From NCBI GenBank assembly GCA_964016885.1, contig OZ024743.1:68634001-68698000 (forward strand): DNA of 64,000 bases, given 5' to 3'. Numbering within the stretch: the stretch's first letter is position 1; each line of letters begins with the position of its first letter. This stretch comes from Eledone cirrhosa. Taxonomy: Eukaryota. The notes beneath the pieces are model-generated. The model searched no databases and was not told the DNA's origin. It saw only the letters and a program-made list of their open reading frames with translations. Shown here piece after piece: positions 14,278-27,478 of this stretch. A program made the position numbers and the translations under genes.

Positions 14278-14493
14278 AGTGGAGTGGCTGAATTGTTAAA
14301 GCATCGTGCAAATGCTCAGTAGTAACTAAAATAGCTCTATACTTCTTGTGTGTAAATCCAGTTTAGATTAGCGTTGCCTTTCATATTTACGGAGTTGATA
14401 AAGCAAGTTTCCAGTAATGCACTGAGGGCGATTTAATCGACTTCCCCCTTCACTACAAATTCCTGGTATTGTGTCAAATGTAGAAACAATTAT
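14278..14493 (+). mobile_element. Diverged older SINE copy
   Basis: gcctttcatatttacggagttgataaag core and tgtagaaacaatt end. Confidence 0.6.
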
Positions 14494-14877
14494 AGTACGA
14501 CTAAGAAACAACATATTTGATTCTAAGAATTACCCTCGCTTCCACACTGCATTCCTAGATTGTTCTGAATTAAATGCAAATAAAATATATACCAAACAGG
14601 GCACTTTTCCTCAACGAAAATTTCCAATAAAAAGCACAACGTTAAATAAATGTTCAGAATAGCTAACGCAAAACCATTTAAACACATAATTTCCAACAAA
14701 ACACTGGCAGCTATAAAACCAGCAAATCACAATCAACATTTATAAATTTGAAATATTACTAGGAAATAGATAGATGGTAGTATTTATACCTTTCTTTGCC
14801 TGCCATCTTGAATCGTCTTCTAGTACCTTTTCCACCCTTGCAGCTTTTCAGTGTTCATTATTAAAACAATTTATGTT

Positions 14878-15271
14878 GTGGATTGGCAGTATCGGTAGAG
14901 GGTCGGACGCGATGCTTTCCAGCATAGTTACGTCCCTTTACTATCTGAGTTCAAATCCCGCCGAGGTTGACTTTGCCTTTCATCCTTACGAGGTCGATAA
15001 AATAAAGTACCAGTAATGCACTGGGTAATTGCTGGCCTTGTGCCTAAAGTAGAAACAATTATTAAAACAATTTATAAAGCGTAGTGGATTGGCAGTATCG
15101 GTACAGGGTCGGACGAATTGCTTTGCAGCATAGAGTTACGGCGCTTTGTGGTCTCAGTTCAAATCCCGCCGAGGTTAACTTTGTCTTTCATCCTTACGAG
15201 GTCGATAAAATAAAGTACCAGTAATACACTGGGATAATTGCTGGCCTTGTGTCAAAAGTAAAAATAATTAT
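14878..15271 (+). mobile_element. Two tandem SINE copies
   Basis: Copies at 14878-15060 and 15079-15271. attattaaaacaatt occurs before, between and after them. Confidence 0.9.
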
Positions 15272-15428
15272 TAAAACAATTCATGAAAGCAAATTACTTT
15301 ATTAACGCTTTTTTGTGTGGGAAATTTTAATACATGATCACTATTGTAGATAGGTTTATTGGTAGTTAATTTCACACACACACACAAACACACACATATG
15401 CATATATATGTGTGTGTGTATTTGTGTC

Positions 15429-15504
<76 letters not shown>

Positions 15505-16289
15505 TAATCTACATATCATTCTTCCTCTGATTTAGTTCTGATTAACATATCTCCCCAATTCCTCCTTTGGCCAAAATTCATTCCCGTGGTTTTAAGTTCC
15601 TCACCTAAAAACAAAGTCTCTCCCCTAAAATCTACGTATCTTTCGTTGGGTTACAGCTTTCCACTCGCAGTCGTTTTCTACATGCACCCCCCCCCCCCAA
15701 AAAAAAAAAAATATTAATAAAGAAACGTTGTGCAGTGTAGTCATATGAAAAGCTGTGGTTGCAGATCTGTTGCTTTGGTTTGTAATATCGTTTTAGGAAT
15801 ACGAGGTCTGGAGTTCGATACCTAACCGTCCCAAATTTGGTGAGTGGAACTTGATACATGGTAATTGCATTGCATGGAAACCCATTTTATGAATTGTACC
15901 CGGTAATAATTCCAATCTCTAGTCTTGTTACATATTGCGGCTTGCTGATCTGGATTGGTATCATATTGATGGTAATCCTGTCTATAGTACACTTAACCAC
16001 TTACTCGTAAACTCGACATCTCGAACGACAGAATGCTATCATCTCAAGCGACGGAGAATCCACCAGGTGGAGAACGATAGAAATGGGTTCAGCTCCAGTT
16101 ACTGAACCTGTTTTCATATTCTATTTGGGATTGGTGAATTATATAATTCCTAATATCATAAATGAAATTTATTTTTTGACCTACCGCCATCAAAAGTAAT
16201 TAAGATATGATTTTCTAAAACATTTGACAAAATTGGATAAGAAGAAAGCAATATGAAACTGAATGGATTGCTGACGTGTTACAGCTAAT

Positions 16290-16475
16290 AATTGTTTCAA
16301 CTTTTGGCAAACGGCCAGCAATTCCCCAGTGTATTACTGGTACTTTATTTTATCGACCCCGTAAGGATGAAAGGCAAAGATACCCTCGGCGGGATTTGAA
16401 CTCAGAATGGCAAGGGCCGTAACTCTATGCGTCAAAGCATGGCGTCCGACCCTCTACCGATACTGCCAATCCACC
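16290..16475 (-). mobile_element. SINE with target-site duplication
   Basis: gtgttacagctaata on both flanks (about 16276 and 16488). Confidence 0.9.
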
Positions 16476-16981
16476 AATTGTGTTACAGTGTTACAGCTAA
16501 TAACATCTAGGTTTTAGTGATCTTTAAACAGTTATATTTAAACTTTTAAATGTCTAGATATAATTGCTTGTCAGAAAAACAAGACAGCCATGTTCCTTAA
16601 AGCTATTTCCTGTATAAAATTCCGACTACATTAAAGTCTTGGATAAGATTTACAAGCTATGTTGGTGTCACGTGTTACCATATCTTTACTGTCTTCTCTC
16701 CAATTAATATTTGTCCACGGTGAGATCAATTATATCAGTAAACAAAACAACTGGAAAATAAACTGAATTGATATAAGTATGTATAGATATATAGCTATGT
16801 ATAAGAATAATCTATTATATTGTAGCTTCCCCAGAGTGTTACGGTCATCTGACAGTACTATCATTGATGTCTGAAGACTCTGAGAGTGCCCAGGAGAAAC
16901 AGATGAGTATCTTAGTAATAAGATTCATTTCATTACTTAACCATAATGAAAATATCATAAACCCAGCGTCGTTATTTATTA

Positions 16982-17030
<49 letters not shown>

Positions 17031-17032
<2 letters not shown>

Positions 17033-17187
17033 CGAAGGAGATGTGGTAAGAAACCAGATGGACCATAACGCACCAAAGTACTCAATACTCAGATTAGAAG
17101 AGTGGATAATAGGAACGAGTAGGACCCCGACGGCTGAGGTCAAGGCGTCGAGACGGCTTGAGCTCAGCCGTCGGGGTCCTACTCGTT

Positions 17188-17191
<4 letters not shown>
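17031..17191 (-). mobile_element. Fold-back element, family B
   Basis: Near-perfect hairpin taggaacgagtaggaccccgacggc...gccgtcggggtcctactcgttccta inside (TA)n. Confidence 0.75.
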
Positions 17192-17229
<38 letters not shown>

Positions 17230-17289
17230 ATGGCTACTCTCTCGATACCGAGTATGGGCATTGAACGGAAATAAATGTATACTTACATA

Positions 17290-17520
17290 TGTACCAACCC
17301 GGTTGGACAAAAGTACACCTGAACTTGGAATTGCGCACAAAGTGTGCAGCTCCCTGTTTCATAAACTACAAATGGCTGCGGTTGCTGACACCTTCAATAT
17401 TTTAAAAACATTCTTGCGATTCAAAGGATGACAATTAATTTACTTTAACAACCTTGCCACCAGGATCGTGGTCGGAGAAAGATGTACTTGAAATTAAGAG
17501 AAAGAGAAATAAATGCATGT
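17290..17520 (+). mobile_element. 3' end of an R4/Dong-like LINE
   Basis: Translates LGIAHKVCSSLFHKLQMAAVADTFNILKTFLRFKG*, followed by (TACA)n. Confidence 0.5.
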
Positions 17521-17672
17521 ATACATACATACATACAAACAGGCATACATACATACATACACACATACATACATACAAACAGGCATACATACATACATAC
17601 ACACATACATACATACATACATACATACATACATACATACATACATACATACATACATACATACATACATAC

Positions 17673-18058
17673 ATGGTGGATGCCAACTCGTTTTCGAGTA
17701 CGGCCACTACTTTATATCCATGTAGGAGAACCTCTACCGATGCGCTGACGAGTGACTTTTTAGTCCAGCCAGCGACTTGAAAACTCTGGTACAAACACTG
17801 CACTTGTGACAATTATTGACACATAGTGCTGGGCCCATGGTATCATGTGACGACAAGTGCAGAGAGATATCCAGACATAAAGCAATGGCTGTGCCGTGAA
17901 GCTTTTATAGGGAGCAAAGGCACTGCACAAAACCAGTCCCACTCTCTCAACCAAGATGATATTTACCAAAAAGAAGAACAAGTCAACATCATTGGATATC
18001 ATCAGGGTTGCAGATGTTATATCAGAGTTTTCCTTCTCCTAGAATTCTGCCTTGACAA
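17673..18058 (-). mobile_element. RTE-derived non-autonomous element, 5'-truncated
   Basis: High similarity to 6466-6855. (ATGT)n tail on the minus strand. Confidence 0.65.
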
Positions 18059-18094
18059 TGTATGTATGTATGACATACATACATACATACATAC

Positions 18095-18540
18095 ATATGC
18101 AGAACTAATGAGAAATCTGCAGATACTCCACTCTGATTACACCTTCAGATTTATGCCGGTGATTATTGGGGCACTGGGATATGTTAGTAACTGCTTCAAT
18201 ACAAATCTTGAGAAGCTGGGCTTCACAGCAACAGAAAGAACACAACTAGTTAGGAAATTACAAGTACAATCCATTAATGGAACAGTAAAATGTGTAAAAC
18301 ATTCCAAATATTTTGCATCTAATAACTGCTTATATACACATGCACAGATACAAAGCGTATGCACATACCCACATACTACTCAAAACATACGCATCCACAC
18401 ATACAATGACATCCATACTTACACATAAAGACATGCATTAATATCTACCAAGTTGATGTTGTGTAAATTCCAATGAGAGAGTCTTGTATCTATGTAAGAA
18501 ACCGGCAAAAACGTTTGAAATTATAAAACCAGAAGAAAAT
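18095..18540 (+). mobile_element. 3' end of an R4/Dong-like LINE (RLE C-terminus and UTR)
   Basis: YAELMRNLQ...FMPVIIGALGYV...KLQVQSINGT. (TACA)n on both sides. Confidence 0.65.
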
Positions 18541-19433
18541 ACGTACATACATACATGCATATACACCTAGGTTTTTACTGTGATCATTACATGATCACAG
18601 GTATTTTGAGAAGCTGGACATGACAGAACCAGACAGAGTGTTACTAATTAGGACATTGCAAGTACTGCCTTTAATGATGTGCTAAACAAATGTAAACCTT
18701 TCCATAATTTAAGAATGTTATAATACATATAGATATAGCAACATATGTATATACGTACGTATGAGGAGCATCAGATCAATAGATGCAATGACATACAGGT
18801 CTGCACACACATACGGGCGTATATAGGTAACTACTTGGTTAATGGTGTCTAATTTCCATTTCAGAAACCGCTCTCTCTCTATATTGATGAGAAATTACTG
18901 AAAATCAAGATAAAACCTGAAGATACATACATACAAGCATACATACACATATACATACATACATGCATACATGCATACATACATGGATACATAAATACAT
19001 ACATTCATGCATGCATACATACATACATACATACATACAAACATACATACATACATACATGCATGTATACATACATACATACATACATACATACATACAT
19101 ACATACATACATACATACATACATACATACATACATACATACAAGCAATCATTGAATTAAAATTTCATTTATTATACTACCCTGATTATAATCTGTAATA
19201 CGTATAAACAAAATACAGAAAATAAATAAGACTTTTTCTTTGATTTTCCATTTAGTCCTTTTATATACTAATTTGTATTTTAAAAGGAAATGTGTTTTCG
19301 TAATAAATAACTAGTATTCTTATTGATGGCCGCTCATTTAACGAACATATATTGCTCTTTCTCTCCCCAGCCTTTCTATATTTGATGTAGAAACTAATCA
19401 AAGCAAGTGTTTATTATATGTTTACCGATATAG

Positions 19434-19622
19434 GGCGGTGGATTGGCAGTATCGGTAGAGGGCCGACGCCATGCTTTGCAGCATAGAGTTACGGCCCTTT
19501 ATGGTCTGAGTTCAAACCCCGTCAAGGTTAACTTTGCCTTTCATCCTTACGTGGTCGATAGAATAAAGTACCAGTAATGCACTGGGGTATTTGCTGGCCT
19601 TGTTCCAAAAGTAGAAACAATT
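19434..19622 (+). mobile_element. SINE with target-site duplication
   Basis: Full-length copy with tttaccgatata on both flanks. Confidence 0.9.
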
Positions 19623-20217
19623 ATATATTTACCGATATATGTTCAGTGTATATGTTGTGATGAAACCAAGGAATGTGAGATCACAACGTAGACATTTGAT
19701 TGGGATAAAGGAAGGTAGAGATTGTAAGATTCAGGGTCCATCGGCTTTTACATTCTTCCGCCAAATCTAAACTATAATAAAGTAAGGATTGTGGGACTGC
19801 ATCCAGAATATATTTTTTTATCACGTTTGTAAAATAAGTTGGATTACTTTGAATACATAATGAATGAATATTACATAATTTATCCACTAAACTTCGTGGC
19901 TGTTCATTAAATATAAATAATTATGTTGCTTATTTTAAGATTCACTTCTTTAAATTTTTCAAATGTCAACACTTCCGGTTAGCGATCGCTTAAATAAACA
20001 TTCATATATTTCCGTCACTAATTTTCTCCTAATGCAGTTTATATATATCATCTTTTTTTAATGTATCATGGATTACGTTACTGATTACGTAAGACAGTGT
20101 AACGCAGCCTTCGTTCAATTTCTGTGTATATTGTCAATTACAATTTTATTTGATGTATCATATTTTCATGTATATATACTTGCGTATAATATCAATATAC
20201 ACACTACACATGCTAGC

Positions 20218-20251
20218 AGAAAACCACCCTAAGGGTGGTTTTTCAGCTAGT
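20218..20251 (+). mobile_element. Possible Helitron-type 3' end
   Basis: Hairpin aaaaccaccc-taa-gggtggtttt followed by cagCTAGt. Confidence 0.4.
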
Positions 20252-21330
20252 CGGTATAATGCTATCTCATTTAATGTGAAATGTCTATCATAGCGGATAA
20301 CACTCGCTGTTCTTTGTGCCAACACTATCACCATATTCTGTGACGGTGCAAATATACTCCTAACACCCTTTCATAAATTCTAACTTTTCGTGTTTTATCA
20401 ATAATAAATAAATATAATTAACTATTAATGTAAGTTTGTAGGTGTTGAAACTCCGACGATTCCCTCCTGATGACGGGAGAGTTCCAGGGGCATCATCAAC
20501 AGAACACGTCGACTCTTAACATAGGTATAAATGGAAGATTCAGTGTGTCATATTTCGTGACAGGGATTTTGACTTAGAGATACAATTAACTTTTATCCAG
20601 TTGTGTGGATTGAAACAACGAGAAATAAATGTTTTGCTCAAAGATAAAACAAGCCGCCGTAAATCACACTTATAAATTTAGGACCAAGTGCTGAACAATG
20701 TAACAACTAAACTAATGGCTTTCGCATTGTAAGGGTAACTAGGAATTGTAGGGCCTACACAACAGTCCAGCATTCTGTTATTGTTTTGTTTAGGTTGGTT
20801 TATATGTTTATGTATAAAATGTTTCATAATGCGGTGCATTGAGAAAGTTGTTAACACGCGTAAAGAATGATTTGCGGTATTCGTTCCTACTCTGAGTTCA
20901 AATACCAAAGAGGTCAACTTTGTCTTTCATCCATTCTAGGTCGAAAAAAAAGTACCATTCTAGTACTTGGGTCGACTCTTCCTCTTTATCCCTTTCTCAC
21001 TTCCCTTCTATCACTCTCTAGAAGAAATCTGTTGGAGAGGGATGGGCGCCAATAGATTTTAAAATGCCCTAGAAACACTGTATATCAATACAGTGCCCCT
21101 ACCGCTCCTACTGGAGTTATGGGACCATGATGCATTAAATGCATAGCGTTTTAGTAGATGGTGCTTATAGTACAATGGGTTTCCTTTGGAACAGGATGTC
21201 CCAATTAAATCATGGAAATCGAATTTGTATATGTCGGATTTGCACACTACAAATGTCCTTTTTTTTATTAAACAAACGGTGATTTTTGACAGAAGTAAAA
21301 TTCTCAGTGATAAAATAAAAGATATATATA

Positions 21331-21607
<277 letters not shown>

Positions 21608-21626
21608 TATATATATATATATATAT

Positions 21627-21819
21627 AACGAAGGAAATGTGGTAAGGAACCAGGTGGACCATAACGCACCAAAGTACTCAATACTTAGGGTAGTAGAGTG
21701 GGTAATAGGAACCAGGAAGACCACGACGGCTGAGCTCAAGCCGTTTCGACGGCTAATTCTAGAATTCTATAATTAGCCGTCGAAACGGCTTGAGCTCAGC
21801 CGTCGGGGTCTTACTGGTT

Positions 21820-21823
<4 letters not shown>
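21627..21823 (-). mobile_element. Fold-back element, family B
   Basis: Arms carry GAAAC-ggct-tgagctc-agcc-GTC, the 3' half of a hammerhead. (TA)n flanks. Confidence 0.8.
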
Positions 21824-21883
<60 letters not shown>

Positions 21884-22183
21884 TAATATCACATAAGAAA
21901 CGGAGAATCAGTGGTGCGACGAATAAGATTTATTAGACATATTACAATCGTTTCTCTGGAGACCAGCTCGAGGCACGATCGATGCAATGTTCAAACCTGA
22001 CTCTGAAATTGCAACTTGGAAACTCTGCTTCGTAGAAGCGAGACATATCCGCGGACTTGCGATTTCAGAGTCAGGTTTGATCACTGCATCGATCATGCCT
22101 CGAGCTGGTCTCCAGAGAAACGAAACGATTGTAATATGTCTAATAAATCTTATTCGTCGCACCACTGATTCTCCGTTTCGTAT

Positions 22184-22189
<6 letters not shown>
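21884..22189. mobile_element. Fold-back element, family E (arms of about 130 bp)
   Basis: Inverted arms atatcacataagaaacgg... / ...ccgtttcgtatgtgatat. Contains GAAACgattGTA then AATAAA. Related to 31553-31795. Confidence 0.75.
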
Positions 22190-22226
<37 letters not shown>

Positions 22227-22228
<2 letters not shown>

Positions 22229-23999
22229 GTGGTTACACAACAGTTAGTTCACCATACCGAGAACAATTTTTGCATCTTAGCGGATCATGAGCTCGTAATG
22301 GACATGATTATGCGGAACAGGAAGGACAAAGTACTAACGCGCCTGCGCAGAATCGGTCACTTCACTCAGGCAATATTAAATTGCGTGCGAGAGGTGTAAG
22401 GGAGATAACTGCGAAAGTCCGAAAGTTTCTAGTTGATAAGAAAATCAGGATGTTGTAATTTAATCCGGAGCTTTGTAGTTATGTCAGAGGCGTTTCCAGA
22501 TATGTGGCCAACGTGTGAATAATTCATTTTTGAGTTTAGGCAATCGTTATTGCGTAATCTATTTAGAATATTTATTCGTTCATCAATACATAGTCCACAC
22601 AACGGATTGCACCTTGCGTATGGCTTGGACTTAGTGATGGCTTCCATTGAATGGGGAGGAGTCTATACTTGAGTCCTTGAGGGACCATACGCAGCTCGCG
22701 TGTTTCGTGGATAAACGTCTGTCCGGGTACCTTAATGTCGACTGGTGGTTCAGGAAGCGTTCCTTACATCGTTCCATCCGCCATACCCACATAGGATTTG
22801 ACCTCCTGTGGATGATTTGGTCGGTTGGAAGTAACCACAATTTCATAAACTACAGAGGGTGTGTTGCATTGCTGTTGAAGGTGACAAGCTTCGGGCTTAC
22901 GGCAAGAGCACACTGGTGTGGTGTTGCTCCTAGGGCTGTTGGTGATATGGGCCTTCATGTTCTTAGCGCAGGAGTATCCTAGTTTTACTTTGTGTCGGTT
23001 AAAGAAGGGGCGATATTTATGACCTATGGGAAAGTGTCTATCTAAGAGGGCTAGAAATGTTTGCCTACATTGGTTTTAACGTTGAGTGAGAAGGGAGGAG
23101 AGAAGCATATAGTTTGTCTATTGATACGCTTTGTTTTCTTATTGGTGTTGTTGTTCGTGGGAGGGTAAATGATAGGTTGCGAGAAACCGCTGTTAGCTAA
23201 CGCCGCTCTGTCACAGATAGCCTTAATAGAGGAGAGTTTTGAGATTCTAGTATTGATATTATTTACGAAGTTTCTAAAAACAGTGGGAGGGTGGCATGAG
23301 TCCTTGTGAATGTAATTAATTTTTTCGTTAAGCTTATGGAAGGGTCTGTAGGTGTGTGCGCGAAGGTCTAAATTAATGTCGAAGAAATCTACGCTAGAGA
23401 GGTTGGTAGCTACTGTTATCCTAAGTTCTAACTCATTGAAGGTAGAAGGTAATTCTTTTTTAAACCGGTCGAAGTCGCGATTAGGTAAGTCCATTGTCGC
23501 AGTATATTCCCATATGGAAGTCCGGGAATCTAACAGGTAATATGTCTAAATGCGTCGTGTGGACTAAGTATTGATGAACGAATAAATATTCTAAAGAGAT
23601 TACGCAATAGCGATTGCCTAAATTCAAGATTTGATTCATTCACACGTTGTCCACACGTCTGGAAAAACTTCTTACATAACTACAAAGCTCTGGATTGAAT
23701 TACAACATCCTAATTTCCTTATCAACTAGAAACTTTCGGACTTTCGCAGTTATCTCCCTTACACCTCTCGCACGCAATTTAGTATTGCCTGAGTGAAGTG
23801 ACCGATTCTGCGCATGCGCGTTCGTACGGTTGTCCTTCCTGTTCCATACAACCATGTCCATTACGAGCTGAGGATCCGCTAAGGTGAAACAATTGTTCTC
23901 GGTATGGTGAACTAACTGTTGTTTAACCACTTATACCTAACTTGTCCCATGGACTGAGTGCTCTACCACTACTGATATTACCTTCCAGTCTTCTACCAC

Positions 24000-24000
<1 letters not shown>
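22227..24000 (-). mobile_element. Truncated Penelope-like element with inverted terminal segment
   Basis: Minus-strand fragments: RT C-terminus (VDFFDINLDL, HPPT, FSPPFS), linker CSCRKPEAC, GIY-YIG (VVYEI..SYVGM, CGLCIDE). 22227-22600 is inverted at 23555-23932. Confidence 0.9.
23864..23901 (+). ncRNA. Minimal hammerhead in a PLE terminal repeat
   Basis: cgag-CTGAGGA-tccgctaaggt-GAAA-caattg-TT^ctcg. Stem I is perfect and ACAATTGT is palindromic. The partner copy at 22258-22295 is mutated. Confidence 0.85.
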
Positions 24001-24087
<87 letters not shown>

Positions 24088-24095
<8 letters not shown>

Positions 24096-27000
24096 TAACA
24101 GATTAAAGTTTAAGCAAAGAATCGCTGCTTTCACCCTTAACGGGATCTTCTGAAACTAACAAAGTCAATCTGTAAACGCAGAAGTGGATCTTATATTCAC
24201 CATGCAGAAACAACATCTGAATATTTCTACAAAGAACATAACCGTACCAAGCAGGAACACATACCTAAAACTCCTGATACAGAAACCAGACGCGTTCATT
24301 AAAAGGTTGCGTTGGCGTGCCTTTTATTTCGATAATCCGCGTAAAGCAGACAACAAACAGGATAAATTTGGATTTAAAACCTATAATAACCCCCCCCCCC
24401 CCCGTGTAACCCAGCATTGGTACCCTTCGAAAATGATGTATTAGAACTCATTCGGAGTATCAAATTTCGGAATAGGAGCAATTCCTTCCAGCAGGACCTG
24501 AAGAATAGAATTCGTTCTATTAAGGATTCTAACGCCGTGCACGTCCATTCCGACAAAACTGGCAACCTATATCAAGTGGAGCGCAGTACTTACCATCAGC
24601 TACTACATAATGCTGTAACTAAGGATTACCGTAAAACTAATCGGTGCGTCATCAATGAAATCAACGATGCTGGGTTTAAAATCACATCTGACCTCAACAT
24701 CCTGGACCGGACCGAACCTCTGGACCCTATTTCTCCCCACTTTAACCTGAAGGATCACAAATCCAATTTTCCGAACAACCCCTCTATTCGGCTTATTAAC
24801 CCTACGAAGTCCGATTTAGGCAGACTTAGTAAAACGATTCTTGATAGAATTATACCTGAAATTAGAAGTTTGGCCCCTCTTGCACTGTGGAACAATTCTT
24901 TCGCGGTGATTGATTGGTTCAATGGCATATGTAACAAGGAACATTGCCATTTTATCCAATTCGACATCAACAATTACTACTCCTCTATCACTTTACCACT
25001 TCTCCTTAGAGCTATCAATTTCGCTAAAACTGTCACAGTGGTTAAGGATTTCGAAGTTGATGTCATCCTCAATGCCCGAAAGTCGGTGATTAATTTCGAC
25101 GACTCTATTTGGATTAAAAAATCCAATAGTATCCCATTCGATGTGAGTATGGGCGCCAGTGTTTCTGCGGAGGTTACTGATCTTATCGGCCTTTTCCTTC
25201 TTTTCTCTATCAAGGATGAATTCCCCAACGCAGGCGGTGGTTTGTACCGTGACGATGGTCTTTTGACCATGACTAAGTGCGGACCTCATGCTTGCGACAG
25301 GTTCAGAAAAGAACTCACAGCCTTCTTTAAAGGCTTCAACCTCTCTATACAGTTTGAGGCCAATCTCTCGGTCGTTAATAATCTCGACGTTACCCTCAAT
25401 TTATTGAATGGGTTGTATTACCCGTATAGAAAGCCGAATGATACGCTTAATTACATAAGTAAGCATTCCAACCATCCTGCCAGCATAACCAAGAACCTGG
25501 TAAGAAACCTTTCGTTGAGGCTTTCCCGTCTTTCCACCAACGAGCGTATTTTCAACGACCATTCCACTTATTACAATGAAGCTCTTGCTCGAAGTGGATT
25601 TGTCAATAAGGTAGCATATACAGAGTACGAAAATAGACCTAGAAGAAATAGATCCCGTCGCATTTGTTGGTATAACCCACCATATAATATGGAGGTGGCC
25701 ACACCATTAGCTAAGATCTTTCTTTCCCTTATTACGAAGCATTTTCCCCCTACACAAAAATATAGTAAAATTTTTAATAGAAATACTATTAAAATGTCTT
25801 ACTCTACGACTCCTAACCTTCTGGCAAGAGCACACTGATGTGGTGTTGCTCCTAGGGCTGTTGGTGATATGGGCCTTCATGTTCTTAGCGCAGGAGTATC
25901 CTAGTTTTACTTTGTGTCGGGAAATTTCCGGGAAATTTCTCTCTAGTAACATTGTCTACAAATGTAAGGTTGTAAAACCTACATAGGGTATAACCGCCAA
26001 TATAGTCAAGCAGCGTCTTTACCTGCATACCCATTCTTTTCGTTACCCTCTAAGAAGGAATATGAAGTCACTTTCAGCTTATATCTGGAGTCTAAAAGAC
26101 AACCACACCCAATATAAGTTTCACTGGGAGATACTATCCAGGGCTAGATCGTATAACGGAAATAAAAGACCATGTGACCTCTGCGCCGCTGAGGCCCTGG
26201 AAATACTCTACGCCACAGACCTCATCTTAAACAAAAAATCTGAGGCAATTTTGGCTTGTAAACATAAATTGCACAAAACTTTCCTGTATTACAGCCGCAC
26301 GTTATACCCTAACGGATAGTACGATCTATACGTGGATATTTTACGCCTTGATGTGGGAGCTAAGAATATGTTTTGTTTATACCATTACTTATTTGCATAG
26401 GTAAGTATATATTACCCGTATGTTTTGTGAAGATACGTATACCTTCTCGTACGTATATTTGATTGTTTATGTTATGGCGTATAATTTTTATATATTCTGG
26501 TACATATGGTTTGGCTTTGTGTATTCGGGAGTTTTGCGTCTGTGTGAGTATGCAGGTTCGTACGTATGTAGGGTGTGTGTATATGTGTACTTCTTGTTTT
26601 GGTTGACTTACGTCTCCGAACATTCGTGTATTTACATGTAGGTATGTGTGTGCGCTTGTTATATACGTATTTATTTATTTATATACGTTTATATAATTAT
26701 TTATTTATTTGTATACCCGCATACACACACATATCTATATGTGCGTGGTTTTGTTTACCTATGGTAAGTGTTTTGCGTATCCTTGTGTATGTATTTATTT
26801 ATTTCTGTTACTTCTGTATTGTATTTATTTACTTTCTTCCTAACACTGTAGCGGAGATTCATTCGGTCTCCTAGTTAGAATTTTATCCTACGACTTCTGC
26901 TATACCATTTACGTGGTTTTGTCTTTGCGTGCGATAGTTCTCCACGCTCCACATATGACGTATTCTTCGTTTTTTTCGTTCATTGCCGAGAACGTCTCTA

Positions 27001-27389
27001 TGAACCACCTAAGAGAACTTTAGTCTACGACCTCTTTTATACCATAAACGTGGTTCTGTCTGCGCGTAATTGTTTTTCACCGCTCCTATTAATGACGTAT
27101 TATATTCGTTTTTTCCCGTTCTTTGCCAGCGAACGTTTCCACGAACCAAAGTATCGTCTTCCTGTCTTCCTCCGGTTGCAACGTTTTTTGAAATATCCAC
27201 TTCTGCGTTTACAGATTGACTTTGTTAATTTCAGAAGATCCCGTTAAGGGTGAAAGCAGCGATTCTTTGCTTAAACTTTAATCTCTTATTTTAATAAATA
27301 TTTGCTCTACGGTTCTTATATATTTGATATATATTGATACTTATCGAGCCCTCTTTGGATGTTAGTGTTCAAATTTATTATTATTACTA

Positions 27390-27390
<1 letters not shown>
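24088..27390 (+). mobile_element. Near full-length Penelope-like retroelement (C-terminal endonuclease, probably Hydra-like clade) in (TA)n
   Basis: Inverted terminal repeat 24088-24189 versus 27195-27296, extra 3' tail, RT and GIY-YIG coding, (TA)n on both sides. Confidence 0.92.
24202..26319 (+). pseudogene. PLE reverse transcriptase-GIY-YIG endonuclease ORF, disrupted
   Basis: FIQFDI..YYSSI, FDVSMGA, GLYRDDGL, HSNHP, WYNPPY, then NIVYKC..YIGIT..CDLC..E..LNKKSE..CKH. Frameshift at the poly-C near 24390 and an inverted insert at 25823-25920. Confidence 0.9.
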
Positions 27391-27448
<58 letters not shown>

Positions 27449-27478
27449 GAGACAACTATTGGCTCACATAATAAAAAT

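Noticed and set aside
15760-15859. Kinase-like YRTPDL motif
   Set aside because: No other kinase motifs (HRD, DFG) nearby.
20474-20515. CTGATGA hammerhead candidate; similar partial matches near 3757, 6796, 12143, 32417 and 55870
   Set aside because: No properly placed GAAA, NUH and stem I.
24202-26319. Selenoprotein-type (Naiad) PLE
   Set aside because: The endonuclease is C-terminal, and the breaks are frameshifts and an insert rather than UGA at Cys positions.
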